Source of the DNA: Candidatus Latescibacterota bacterium
Lineage (GTDB): Bacteria > Latescibacterota > UBA2968 > UBA8231
Direction: 5' to 3'
Assembly: GCA_965203175.1 (NCBI GenBank)
Contig: OZ241867.1
Location: 2,400,001 to 2,464,000 of the forward strand
DNA length: 64,000 bases
Shown piece after piece: positions 46,741-55,915 of this stretch. The translations under genes were made by a program, and so were the position numbers. The stretch's first letter is position 1, and the number at the start of each line of letters is the position of its first letter. Below the pieces are notes generated by a model. That model was not told where the DNA came from. It was given only the letters and a program-made list of their open reading frames with translations, and searched no databases.

Positions 46741-49406
46741 AGCTTCAACCCCGCGTTGATGGTGATAAAAAGCAGGCTGGAGCGCTGGTCTTCGCTGTGG
46801 TCAAAATCGCGCCACAGCCACTGCGCTCCCACTCGGGTCACCAATTGGTAGCCGGCATAGGCCGCCCTGTTCGTTAGCTGGATCACCAGCGTCCGGCCCA
46901 TAAAGTCCTCTGCCACCTCTGGGTGCCTGCCCTCCAGCATCCAGAACCGACTCCACTCCAACCCGCATTGCAACTGGGTGTCGAAGATTTGGCGGCCGTG
47001 CCGGGCATAGTAACTGATCGAGACCTGCTCGGCTAGAATCGGCTGCACCCACAGCAGGGATAAGGTCTGTTCCAAGCTCTCCGCCACGGGTACCCGGCTG
47101 TGAAAGGGCCGGACGCGGCGATACTCGCTCTTCCAGCGCGGCTCCACCCGGCCCAGTCCCAACGGCACTGTCCACTCGGCTTTGTTGATCGCGCCGAGAA
47201 AACCCGACCTAGCGCGCCCTTCGCGGCCGCGGAGCGCCTCACTATCCCCGCGCTGCCACCAGCCCTCCCACTTGAAGCGGTGCATGTGGCGCAGACCCCA
47301 GCCAAAAGCCTGCTCCCAGTCGGCGTATAATGTGTTGCGCCAAGCGTTGTTCCCCGGCAGCCGATCCACAACAGTCCGCATCCGCCCCACCGCACCCACT
47401 GGCTGTACCCATTGCTCCAAGTCGTCCGGGATGTCGTCCCTGATGCGGGCTGCAAAATCGAAAAACCGCAATTGCCCGCCTCTAAGGCTCCAGCGCACCG
47501 CGGCCAGCGCGTACACCGCATGAGTCCGACCGTCCCCGGAAATCAGCCGCATCCGCTGGTGTCCCAGCGCCAGACTCGCATCCGGCCCCAGATGCCCGCG
47601 TGCGTACATATTGAAACCGCGATGGTCGCGCTTGTAGGGATAGTCGGGCAGGAGATCGTTCTCGAAACGGTCAATCACGCCGTTGTGGTTGAGGTCGAGG
47701 CCGAAGAGGTACTCGGGTCGGTCCGAGCGAAACCGCAGGAAAGGTTCCTCGTAATCGGGGATGAGATTGCGGTTCTGGTTGTGATCGTAGATGAAATCGC
47801 CGTTCTCGTCGTAGCCGGGAAAGGCCACCCGCGAGGAACTCTGGAAGGGCCGTTCCCATTCCGGGGTGCCGTCGTGGTCGTCGTCGTCATCGACGAATTC
47901 GTAGAGGTCGGGGGTCGGCGCTTGGTAACGGATATCGCCGTTGCCCTGCGCGAGCCAGTAGTTGGTCGAATAGCCATCGGACAGCGAGAACAACTCCCCG
48001 GCCATATCATAGGGATAGCGTTGGTAGGCCAGCTCGGCGTACGCGGCGTGGGCGTTTTTAACGAAGTGATGTAGGTGCTTGACATCCCGGCTGGGGTACA
48101 TGCCGTGCTGCCGGTTGACCACGGCCTCGCCTCGAAATGAGACGCCGTGCCACTCGACCAAGTCCCAATTGATCCCAAGCAGTTCGTTGGCGGTGGGCAA
48201 ACCGTAGTCTAGGCGCAGCACTCGGCTGTTGCTGTTGTCTTGGACATTGCCCGGCGAGCGCGCGACGGGGAAAAACACGATCTGCGGGTCGCGCCGATCC
48301 CCGTCGGTCTGCAAGTTCGAGGCCATCTCGACCCGGTAGTCGTCGGCGACCACCAGTTCGACTGCCGCCCGGCGCAAGGTAGCCGAGCGCAACCCTTCGT
48401 GGTCGAGGGCGGCGAAATCGTATTCGAGCAGGACCGTTTCCGAACCGTCGGCTACCAGCGCCCCAGCCCGCGTTCGCCCGCCCTCAATGCGCGGCAAAAA
48501 GCCGATTTCCCGCCCGCGCACCTGGTGCCCGCTGGTATCGACCAGCACGATGTCGTACCTGAACAGCGACGTGCCACTCACCCCGTCGGCTGGCGAATCA
48601 TCCCTGAGCTGCACCCACAGTTTGTTCAGCGACTTGTTCTGGCCGGTGGTCAGCGTCCCGGACAGAGGGTTACCGTACGTAATCTGCACTTGGCTTTGCG
48701 CGTTGTGGGCGTTGATATACGTAGCGCCGACGAGCGCCGCGTCGCTGGCTTGGAACTCGGCGTGGCCTCCCAACAGGTGCGTGGTATTGGTGCGGTCAGC
48801 CCTGTTCGGCTGGCTCGGCCGCGACAGCAGTAGGCTCCCCACGAGGCGCTCGTTGGCCCAGTCGAGGCGCAGTCCATTGAACTCGGTCTTATTGAAGGTC
48901 AAGGGCGTGAAGACGGTGAAGAGCTCGTCGCCGATCATCAACCGCGCGCTGGTTCCCCTGCTCTCGTCCGCGGCGATCACCAGATTCTGGAAGAAGCCCC
49001 AGTAAGGAAGTCCTTGGCGAATCAAGCTGCCATCGCGCTTAGCTTGCACCTGTTCCCAGGTATAGACCATCCAGCCGCGTCCTATGCGGTGGCCGAAGGT
49101 GTCGTACCACGGCTCGCCCTCTAGGCCAGGGTTCACGAGGGTCCGGTAGTTTTCTTGCGCGTAGGAGGTGCGGTCGCCGCTGTACCAGGGCCGCATATAG
49201 CTTTCGGCCAGATGCCGGGGCGCGTACCAGCGGTGCATTCGCGGCGTGACGTATTCTATCTCGAAGTGCGGCACTTCCCACGCGGTCACCGGCGGGCCCT
49301 GCAGCCCCCACCGGCTCGCGTCCGCACTTTGCGCCTCGACCGCTAGGGCGCGCAACGCGCAGCAGGCCAAGACGCACGCCAACCAAGCTCTGCTCCGTTC
49401 GGTCAA
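46737..49406 (-). CDS. ~890-aa exported protein, paralog of 42149-44797
   Basis: Shared blocks WYxP, TPxTF.K..FNG, DDSP.DG, DYGLPTAN, LYEFVDD.DD, NLIPDYEEPFLR..DRPE, IDRFEND, INKAE, PRWKSE. TTG start overlaps the upstream stop. Confidence 0.75.
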   Translation of the reverse strand: MTERSRAWLACVLACCALRALAVEAQSADASRWGLQGPPVTAWEVPHFEIEYVTPRMHRWYAPRHLAESYMRPWYSGDRTSYAQENYRTLVNPGLEGEPWYDTFGHRIGRGWMVYTWEQVQAKRDGSLIRQGLPYWGFFQNLVIAADESRGTSARLMIGDELFTVFTPLTFNKTEFNGLRLDWANERLVGSLLLSRPSQPNRADRTNTTHLLGGHAEFQASDAALVGATYINAHNAQSQVQITYGNPLSGTLTTGQNKSLNKLWVQLRDDSPADGVSGTSLFRYDIVLVDTSGHQVRGREIGFLPRIEGGRTRAGALVADGSETVLLEYDFAALDHEGLRSATLRRAAVELVVADDYRVEMASNLQTDGDRRDPQIVFFPVARSPGNVQDNSNSRVLRLDYGLPTANELLGINWDLVEWHGVSFRGEAVVNRQHGMYPSRDVKHLHHFVKNAHAAYAELAYQRYPYDMAGELFSLSDGYSTNYWLAQGNGDIRYQAPTPDLYEFVDDDDDHDGTPEWERPFQSSSRVAFPGYDENGDFIYDHNQNRNLIPDYEEPFLRFRSDRPEYLFGLDLNHNGVIDRFENDLLPDYPYKRDHRGFNMYARGHLGPDASLALGHQRMRLISGDGRTHAVYALAAVRWSLRGGQLRFFDFAARIRDDIPDDLEQWVQPVGAVGRMRTVVDRLPGNNAWRNTLYADWEQAFGWGLRHMHRFKWEGWWQRGDSEALRGREGRARSGFLGAINKAEWTVPLGLGRVEPRWKSEYRRVRPFHSRVPVAESLEQTLSLLWVQPILAEQVSISYYARHGRQIFDTQLQCGLEWSRFWMLEGRHPEVAEDFMGRTLVIQLTNRAAYAGYQLVTRVGAQWLWRDFDHSEDQRSSLLFITINAGLKL

Positions 49407-51940
49407 TAGACCACCCCCACCAAGCTCGCGGCCTGGGTTTTTCCCGCACCCACGTCGGCGGCGAAAGCGACGCACACCAAATAGGTCCCCGGTCGCACCA
49501 GTGCCCCTGCGTCGTCGCGACCATCCCAAACCACGGAGTGGTCGCCGCTGGGGTTTTCCCGACGCAGCGAAAGCTCGCGCACCTTCCGACCGGACAGGTC
49601 GTAGATGCCGACCTCAATCCGCCTTTCCCGGATGAGGCGGTAGATGGTAAAGCGGATCTCGGCTTGGTCGTTTATGCCGTCGCCGTTGGGGGTGAAGACC
49701 AGGGGCAGCGAACGCACTCGGTCCAACAGGGGGAAGTTTTCCACATCGGCCACCACCACTAGCGACTGACTCGCAGCCAGCGACCCAGCGTCGCCCTCGC
49801 TTATCGCCTGGACGATCCCGGGTCGGGTTGCGCGTTTCAATTCGGCACCAAAGACAGTGCCGCTCAAAAACACCCGCGTGCGGAAACGCGCCTCGTACAA
49901 CGACCGCCCACCGGTGACCGGCGCGGGAAAAGCCAATTCCACCGATCCGTCCTCCAGCCGCTCTAGATCCAGCGGTCCCGGCCATAGCTCTCGTCCCGTG
50001 CCAGCGCGCAACTGCGCCTCGCTACCCTCCCGGAACGAGATCAGCTCAATCGGGACCGAGGACGACGAGTGCAGCCGGATTCGGTCAAAGCCGGAGTTTT
50101 CAGGACCAAAGATTGAGCGGATATACATGGAGAATAGCTGATCCTCCCCCGGTGCTACCCCATCTATCGGCCATACTTCGGCGAAGGTCTGGTCCACCAA
50201 CGGCGGCGCTAACTTGAGCCGCAAGCTCCGCATCTGTGCCGTGCGCAGCGGTTCTTGGGTCAAAAGCCGTATCTGCGCTTGGGCGAAGCGCCGGGGGCTT
50301 GGCGACTTGAATGGCTCCCCCGACGTTAGATAAACCGCGCTCCAGTTACTCCAGCCCGGCCCCGGGATTTCCCGGACTAGCACCTCGCCGCGGTTTTTCT
50401 CATAGCGGATGGCCTCCCACTCCTCCTGGCTGATTTCTTGCCCCACCACGTCGAAGTAACGCCGCTCCTCAATCACTTCGTCACCGCTGCGGGTGCGGAT
50501 CTCTAGCTGGGTGCCCGGGGGCTGGTCTCCATCCCATTCCACTGTGGAGAAAATCCGCGAGCGGCCTAGGCGGATAACGGGCGATTCGAGCTCGACTTCG
50601 GACACGTAGCCTTCGCCATAAGCCTGGATCTCGCTCAAGTTGCCCGTCTCGGTATGCTCGCCTACTATCACTAGCTCCAGACGCTTCAGTTCCAAATGGC
50701 GCACCTCCCGCAAGGGGAATTGTTCCTCTAGCTGCAGAAAGGACTCCCGATTCTGCCGCTCCTCCAAAGCTTCCCACACCAGCGAGCCATCGGGGCCTAA
50801 ACTGCCATCCGAGATCCGGAGCTGATAGGCGCTTAAAGGCCCCTCGGCGCTGACTAGGCGCACCCGATCCAGCCAGAACCGGGCTCCTAGGTCAATTAGG
50901 AGTTGGTTGCGGTCGCGCACCGAGTCGTAAATCTTCAACGGGTAGAAGGAACGGAAGAGGCCATCGGTCGCTAGCTCGAGCAGGATATTTTCGAAGATGC
51001 TCACGTTGCGGTTGCGGAGCCGCTGGGTCACAGTGACGACGTTGTCCCCTAGGGTATAGACCTCAAGCTCGGCCAAGCGCGGCCGCTCGCGGCGAAAATA
51101 GCGCACTAGGCCCCGTTCCTCCTCGGGCAAATCCCGATGCGTCTGCTCGTCGATTAGGATTTGGCGGCCGATGACCGTCTGGCGGAAGTACTCGACCGTC
51201 CCTTGGTCTTCAGGCGACAGCGCCTCGTAGGTAGCCCGATCTACTTCTGCGCCCCGCGTACTGTCCGAAGCCAACGCCTGAAAGCGCACGACCTGCGCCA
51301 CTTCTCCCTCGACTCCGGCGGGTAAGGGGCGCTGGGGACGGACCTCGAAGCTGAACTCCCGCTCTGTCTTGTTGGGGTACGTCACCTGCCCAACGCGGAA
51401 GAACTTCAACGGCCGCTCTGGATGTCCCCGCCCGTCCGAGAGCAGCACCCTAAACTTGAGGAAGGGATCGCCCTCTTGGGCAAAGCGCACGACCACCCTT
51501 TTGGCGATTACCGATCGCCCTAGTTCCACATCTACAAACCAGTCTTTTAGTGGGTCGGTCGGATCGGGCTCCCAGTAGGTGTCTTGGTCTCCGTCCATTA
51601 TGAAGGGTGCCTGCGCGGCGTTGCTGGCCGCCCTGCGGATCCCCCCCACCAACGTGTCGCCACCGGCCTCCGGGGTCTCGAACTCCATCGCGTTGAGTGC
51701 GGCGTTGATGTCGCGGCGCAGGAAGCGGGACAATACCACGCCTTCCGCCGTAATTACGTGCGTCCCCACAGGTGCCTCCCATTCGGCCCAGTGCGCCGCT
51801 TGGTCGATGACGACTTGGTCTCGCGTTAGCCGGTAGCTGGTCTGGGCGGTGAGGGTGAGTGGATGCGTCAACAATAGACAGAGTACCGCCGACCAAAATA
51901 CGCCGTCAGTCCGACTAGAAAACAGTCTGGTTTTCTTCAT
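49403..51940 (-). CDS. Secreted multi-discoidin-like + FlgD-Ig protein with FTPNGDG.ND tail
   Basis: MDGDQDTYWEP, VELGR, LAELEVY, IDLGARF, LSEIQAYG, TRSGD, WSNWS, SPSPRRF; FTPNGDGIND, YDLSGR, WDGRD..PGTY. Confidence 0.82.
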   Translation of the reverse strand: MKKTRLFSSRTDGVFWSAVLCLLLTHPLTLTAQTSYRLTRDQVVIDQAAHWAEWEAPVGTHVITAEGVVLSRFLRRDINAALNAMEFETPEAGGDTLVGGIRRAASNAAQAPFIMDGDQDTYWEPDPTDPLKDWFVDVELGRSVIAKRVVVRFAQEGDPFLKFRVLLSDGRGHPERPLKFFRVGQVTYPNKTEREFSFEVRPQRPLPAGVEGEVAQVVRFQALASDSTRGAEVDRATYEALSPEDQGTVEYFRQTVIGRQILIDEQTHRDLPEEERGLVRYFRRERPRLAELEVYTLGDNVVTVTQRLRNRNVSIFENILLELATDGLFRSFYPLKIYDSVRDRNQLLIDLGARFWLDRVRLVSAEGPLSAYQLRISDGSLGPDGSLVWEALEERQNRESFLQLEEQFPLREVRHLELKRLELVIVGEHTETGNLSEIQAYGEGYVSEVELESPVIRLGRSRIFSTVEWDGDQPPGTQLEIRTRSGDEVIEERRYFDVVGQEISQEEWEAIRYEKNRGEVLVREIPGPGWSNWSAVYLTSGEPFKSPSPRRFAQAQIRLLTQEPLRTAQMRSLRLKLAPPLVDQTFAEVWPIDGVAPGEDQLFSMYIRSIFGPENSGFDRIRLHSSSSVPIELISFREGSEAQLRAGTGRELWPGPLDLERLEDGSVELAFPAPVTGGRSLYEARFRTRVFLSGTVFGAELKRATRPGIVQAISEGDAGSLAASQSLVVVADVENFPLLDRVRSLPLVFTPNGDGINDQAEIRFTIYRLIRERRIEVGIYDLSGRKVRELSLRRENPSGDHSVVWDGRDDAGALVRPGTYLVCVAFAADVGAGKTQAASLVGVVY

Positions 51941-51941
51941 C

Positions 51942-53744
51942 TCAATACGCCACTCCCACCGAGCCCCAGCGGTGCTCCGAATCCTCGTCGGCTTCTACCC
52001 GCAACTCGTACAGATACAGCCCTGGAGGCACCAATAGACCCCAATCGTCCGTTCCATCCCATTCCACTGTATAGGATCCGTTGCCGTCCATTCCCGCATA
52101 GGTCCGCCGCACCCGGCGACCGGCCAAGTCGTACATCTCCAGAGTCACCGCAGCCTCAGTAACGATCTTCAACAGCACATAACTCAGCGCAAAGGCGTCG
52201 TTGGCCCCATCGCCGTTGGGCGTGAACAGCCGGGTTCCCTCCAACTGCGCCACCAGCGGCACGTTGCCGTCCGCGAAGCGCACGACCAGATTGGTCCCTT
52301 CCAGCGAGGGATCCACATCGCGCTCGTCGGCCACTTGGTATGCCTCTTCGAGCTGACCGTCTGTCTCCCTGCGGTCCAATGCCCGCACCTCAAAGCGCGT
52401 GTAGTCGCGGAACACAGCGCCGCGAAAGACGATCTGCACGAAGGTTCCCGTCTGCTCGATGTGCCGCCACAAGTCGACGTCGAAGCCCGCGCTTGGCTCA
52501 TAGGTGGCGGAAAAGGAAATCTCCTCGTCATCGACGAGTATCCGCTCGATTTCCGTTACCTGCGCAGCCGTGCGCACCTGCAGGAAGCGGAAGCCCGTAG
52601 CTCGCGGGTCCGGGCCTCTATCGGGGCGCAAGCGCACCTCCATGGACAAAGTAAAGCTCGTCTCGACGCCCGGCTGCACGACGCTGGGGCTAATCTCGGC
52701 CAGCAGGCTACTAACCACCGGCGGTCGCGCAAATTCGAAGACCAGCCGCCTGAGCACGGCTCCTGGTGAGGCCATGCGCACCTTGAACTGCAAGAAGCGG
52801 CGCAGCCCTGGCGAGTGGATCAGACCGCCGCTGACGGTCTGCCAGCTACTCCACAGCGGATTGGGTCTGACTGGTGCCTTTTCATCGGCGGGCAATGCTT
52901 GGTAATCCTCTTTGCTCACCCGCTGCAGCCCGTCTTCCGCTTGGAGGTCTATGCGGAAGTAGTGCTCGGGGTCGCGGTCGGAGCCGGTGCGCGTCTGCAC
53001 TGTGGCAGGGGCGTTTTCTATGGAACCCCCCTCGTAGCGCACTTTGCCCCAGACGATGTTGGGATAGCGCGTCCTGACCGGCCTGGAGACATAGGTGCCC
53101 ACGGGCGCGTCGCCAGCGGCGTAGATTTCTACTTCCGCCAGTTCCCACTCGCGCTCAGTGCTAGGCTCTATGAGCACGTAGCGCACGTTGCGACTATCGA
53201 AGTCCTTTTCCACCACAGGCTCGAAGTTGGGGCTGTCGGCGAAAAAGCTGACGGCAGGGTCGTACTTTGCTTGGCGTTCGGCCTTGGTGTAGAGGCGAAA
53301 AACCTGTAGGAAGCGGCGTCTGTTCTGGCGGTCAAGGCGAGGGAAGAGGCGGACGCGATTGACGCGGAAGGTAGCACCAAGGTCGATCTCTACGGGCGTA
53401 TTGCGATCAATAGCGGCAAACTGATCTGGATCGAAGGCCGTAGTGGAACTGCCGTCGTATAGCAGAGTGCCTAGGGGTACGCGGAGGGTGCCATCGGGAT
53501 TTTCCACCAGCCCCACCGCCATGCCTCCGCGCTCGGCCAAGCGCAGCGATAGGTTTTCGCCGGCTTCTGCCGGCCACATCCAGATGGAATCGCGCGCTAC
53601 CCCTAAGAATTGAGCCTCCTCGACAATGCTGTCCCAGCGGCCTAGGCGACCGTCTTGGCCCACGTCGAGGGTATCGACGGCCAACGCGGAAGTGGTGCTG
53701 CCGAGGAGGCCGATTAACAAGGCGTAGTGTATGGCTTTATTCAA
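51942..53744 (-). CDS. Secreted discoidin-like + FlgD-Ig protein with FTPNGDG.ND tail
   Basis: Start placed at TTG 53744 (LNKAIHYALLIGLLG signal); IDLGATFRVNRVRLFP, LAEVEIY, QTRTG.D, SPGLRRFLQF; FTPNGDGAND, WDGTD..PGLY. Confidence 0.8.
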   Translation of the reverse strand: MNKAIHYALLIGLLGSTTSALAVDTLDVGQDGRLGRWDSIVEEAQFLGVARDSIWMWPAEAGENLSLRLAERGGMAVGLVENPDGTLRVPLGTLLYDGSSTTAFDPDQFAAIDRNTPVEIDLGATFRVNRVRLFPRLDRQNRRRFLQVFRLYTKAERQAKYDPAVSFFADSPNFEPVVEKDFDSRNVRYVLIEPSTEREWELAEVEIYAAGDAPVGTYVSRPVRTRYPNIVWGKVRYEGGSIENAPATVQTRTGSDRDPEHYFRIDLQAEDGLQRVSKEDYQALPADEKAPVRPNPLWSSWQTVSGGLIHSPGLRRFLQFKVRMASPGAVLRRLVFEFARPPVVSSLLAEISPSVVQPGVETSFTLSMEVRLRPDRGPDPRATGFRFLQVRTAAQVTEIERILVDDEEISFSATYEPSAGFDVDLWRHIEQTGTFVQIVFRGAVFRDYTRFEVRALDRRETDGQLEEAYQVADERDVDPSLEGTNLVVRFADGNVPLVAQLEGTRLFTPNGDGANDAFALSYVLLKIVTEAAVTLEMYDLAGRRVRRTYAGMDGNGSYTVEWDGTDDWGLLVPPGLYLYELRVEADEDSEHRWGSVGVAY

Positions 53745-53758
53745 TTTACTCGGCTCGC

Positions 53759-55855
53759 CTATTCGAGTTTGATCATTTTGCGGGTGCGGGTCTGTTCGTC
53801 CACCTGCAAGCGATACACATAGACTCCAGTGGCGACGGGTTGCCCCTGCGCGTCGCGGCCATCCCAGGTTAGTTCGTGCTCGCCAGCGGGTAGCGGACCC
53901 GTCCACACTTGGCGCATTGGCTGCCCTAGGACATTGTAGATGGTTAAATCTACGTCCTTAGCTCCGGCGGGCACGGCCAAGGGGATAGTTGTGGCGGGGT
54001 TGAACGGGTTAGGATAGTTGGCCCCGAGGGTAAAGGCCGTTGGCGTGGCTGCCTCGGCTGCTACGGCGGTGGCTGGGGTGCCTTGGTTGATAAAGACAAA
54101 GACGCCCCCGTGGTCGCTTGCCGGATTCGTTCCCAGCACGACTATATCGGTGTCGCCATCGCCGTTGACATCGCTGGCGAAGACCTGACTGCCCTCGCCG
54201 GGCAAGGGGTAGTAGCCTTCGAGGGTGGGCACGGCGTTGCGCTGGCCGAGCAACACCACGAGGGCCGGACCGACGGTCGAATTGGCAGCGACCATGGCCA
54301 CATCCAGCACGCCATCGCCATTGAGGTCGCTGGCGGTGGCTTGAGACGGGAACACCTTCCAGTCGAGCAAGGAATCGCGCGCCCACCCGCCGGAGGCGTC
54401 TAGACGCCACAGGGACAAACCGTAGTAGTCGATGTTACCGAGGAATGCATCTATGCTCTCAGGGGAGCCGAGTAGGTCCACCGTCCCATCGCCATCGAGA
54501 TCGGCCAGTAGGTGCAGGGCACAGGGATTGATCGGGGCCGCAAAAGAGAGTGGCGGTTCTTGAATAGCGGCCCACGGCCGGGTCAGTTGCCAAAAGTCTT
54601 GAGGCTCAAAGCAGCCCCCATTCCACAACAAGCTTGCAGCTTCGCCGAGAGGTTGCCCGGTGGATAGATAGGCCCAGCGCCACTCCTCGCTGTCGAGGAC
54701 GAAGGTATCGCTATCGACAAAGTCGTAACCGTCGTTGATCCACATAATCACTTGGGACGCAGCGTCGGAGACCAACAGGTCCACATCGCCGTCGCCGTCG
54801 CCATCGGCCAAGCCAACGAGCCTGACGTCGGAAAGTTGCAAAATGGGATCAAAGCCGTCGCCCCAGTTGTACCACACTTCGACGTTTCCCCTCCATTGGT
54901 ATTTAACGACCAAATCGAGGAGTCCATCGCCGTCGAAGTCGCTTCCCCGCAGGTCCATGAGTGGGGGGTCGTTGGCGGGTTCGGTTGAGAGGTGGAGCTC
55001 TTGAGTGGGTTCAAAGCGGCCTAGCCCGTCGTTGGACGCTACCGTCCAGCCCAGTTGTCTTTCGCGGCCCATGACGCGGTGCCAGACCGCCACCAGATCC
55101 GCGTCGCCATCGCCATCTACATCGCCCACTGCGCCGTGCGATTCTTCCCGGTTGCCTCGCCAAAGGCTTGGGATGCCGATGCCTTCGCCGAGCGGAAAAA
55201 AGTCGGATTCGGCAAACAAGGTACCGGGCGGCCCCAATCCCACGCCGAGATCCCGAGGCGACAATTCTCCCTGTGCCGACTCTCCGGCCCCGGTGAGTTG
55301 GATCCAGTCTATTTCTAAAAACTTGGGATGGTTGGCCACGTCCTGCGAGTCCCGGTATAACATCATGTCTATACGAATAGTGTAGAGGGTATCCTGCCAG
55401 ATGATCTCCTGCTCTGGGTATGCTTCTACCAAGGCGCGTAGATCTACGGTGAGGTCTTCCCATTCGATGGGATAGGGTTGAAGATCTCTCCACGTGCTAG
55501 ACCTCCCTTTAAGGAGGCGTCTTCTCTCGGCATTGGACCAGTACATCGAGAATGGTCCCTCGGTGGGACTGTGGTGTATGAGACGCAGCCGGAGGGTGAG
55601 GCGGTCGAACAGGGCCGAGTCTTTGCCGATCAACGGCGAACGCAATTGAACGGTGGGTCTGCGACCAGGAGTTGTTGCAATGCGCCAGACGCCATCGACG
55701 ATTTCGCTGTGTAACAGGTCGCTATTGCCATTGGTATGAGTAGCACTTTCCCGGGCGGTCCAGCCCCAAGTGGAGCCGTCGGCGAAATCCCACGTTAGGG
55801 CAAAGGCTCCGCATGGAGCCGCCACCAATAGAATTGCAAAGAGAACGCGGCGCAT
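53759..55855 (-). CDS. FG-GAP/VCBS repeat protein with N-terminal CBM-like domain and type-A-like FlgD-Ig tail (paralog P1)
   Basis: Signal peptide; GDVDGDGDAD, DFDGDGLLD and DLNGDG repeats; NYPNPFNP, IYNVLGQ, WDGRD, GVYVYRL. Confidence 0.9.
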   Translation of the reverse strand: MRRVLFAILLVAAPCGAFALTWDFADGSTWGWTARESATHTNGNSDLLHSEIVDGVWRIATTPGRRPTVQLRSPLIGKDSALFDRLTLRLRLIHHSPTEGPFSMYWSNAERRRLLKGRSSTWRDLQPYPIEWEDLTVDLRALVEAYPEQEIIWQDTLYTIRIDMMLYRDSQDVANHPKFLEIDWIQLTGAGESAQGELSPRDLGVGLGPPGTLFAESDFFPLGEGIGIPSLWRGNREESHGAVGDVDGDGDADLVAVWHRVMGRERQLGWTVASNDGLGRFEPTQELHLSTEPANDPPLMDLRGSDFDGDGLLDLVVKYQWRGNVEVWYNWGDGFDPILQLSDVRLVGLADGDGDGDVDLLVSDAASQVIMWINDGYDFVDSDTFVLDSEEWRWAYLSTGQPLGEAASLLWNGGCFEPQDFWQLTRPWAAIQEPPLSFAAPINPCALHLLADLDGDGTVDLLGSPESIDAFLGNIDYYGLSLWRLDASGGWARDSLLDWKVFPSQATASDLNGDGVLDVAMVAANSTVGPALVVLLGQRNAVPTLEGYYPLPGEGSQVFASDVNGDGDTDIVVLGTNPASDHGGVFVFINQGTPATAVAAEAATPTAFTLGANYPNPFNPATTIPLAVPAGAKDVDLTIYNVLGQPMRQVWTGPLPAGEHELTWDGRDAQGQPVATGVYVYRLQVDEQTRTRKMIKLE

Positions 55856-55915
55856 GATGCTCCTCCAGAGTTTATGGTAGTGCAGTTTAGTTTCTTCATC
55901 TCCAAGCCCTATCGT

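Noticed and set aside
53745-53906. N-terminal extensions in the ORF track (to 53906, 49529, 62717, 22491, 33589, 34895 and from 27085)
   Set aside because: They overlap neighbouring genes or terminators. Downstream starts with an RBS or signal peptide fit better.
55880-55903. GAGATGAAGAAA similarity to the start of the 845-aa cargo gene as a second duplication scar
   Set aside because: Match is only ~20 nt with a gap and mismatches; too weak to call.
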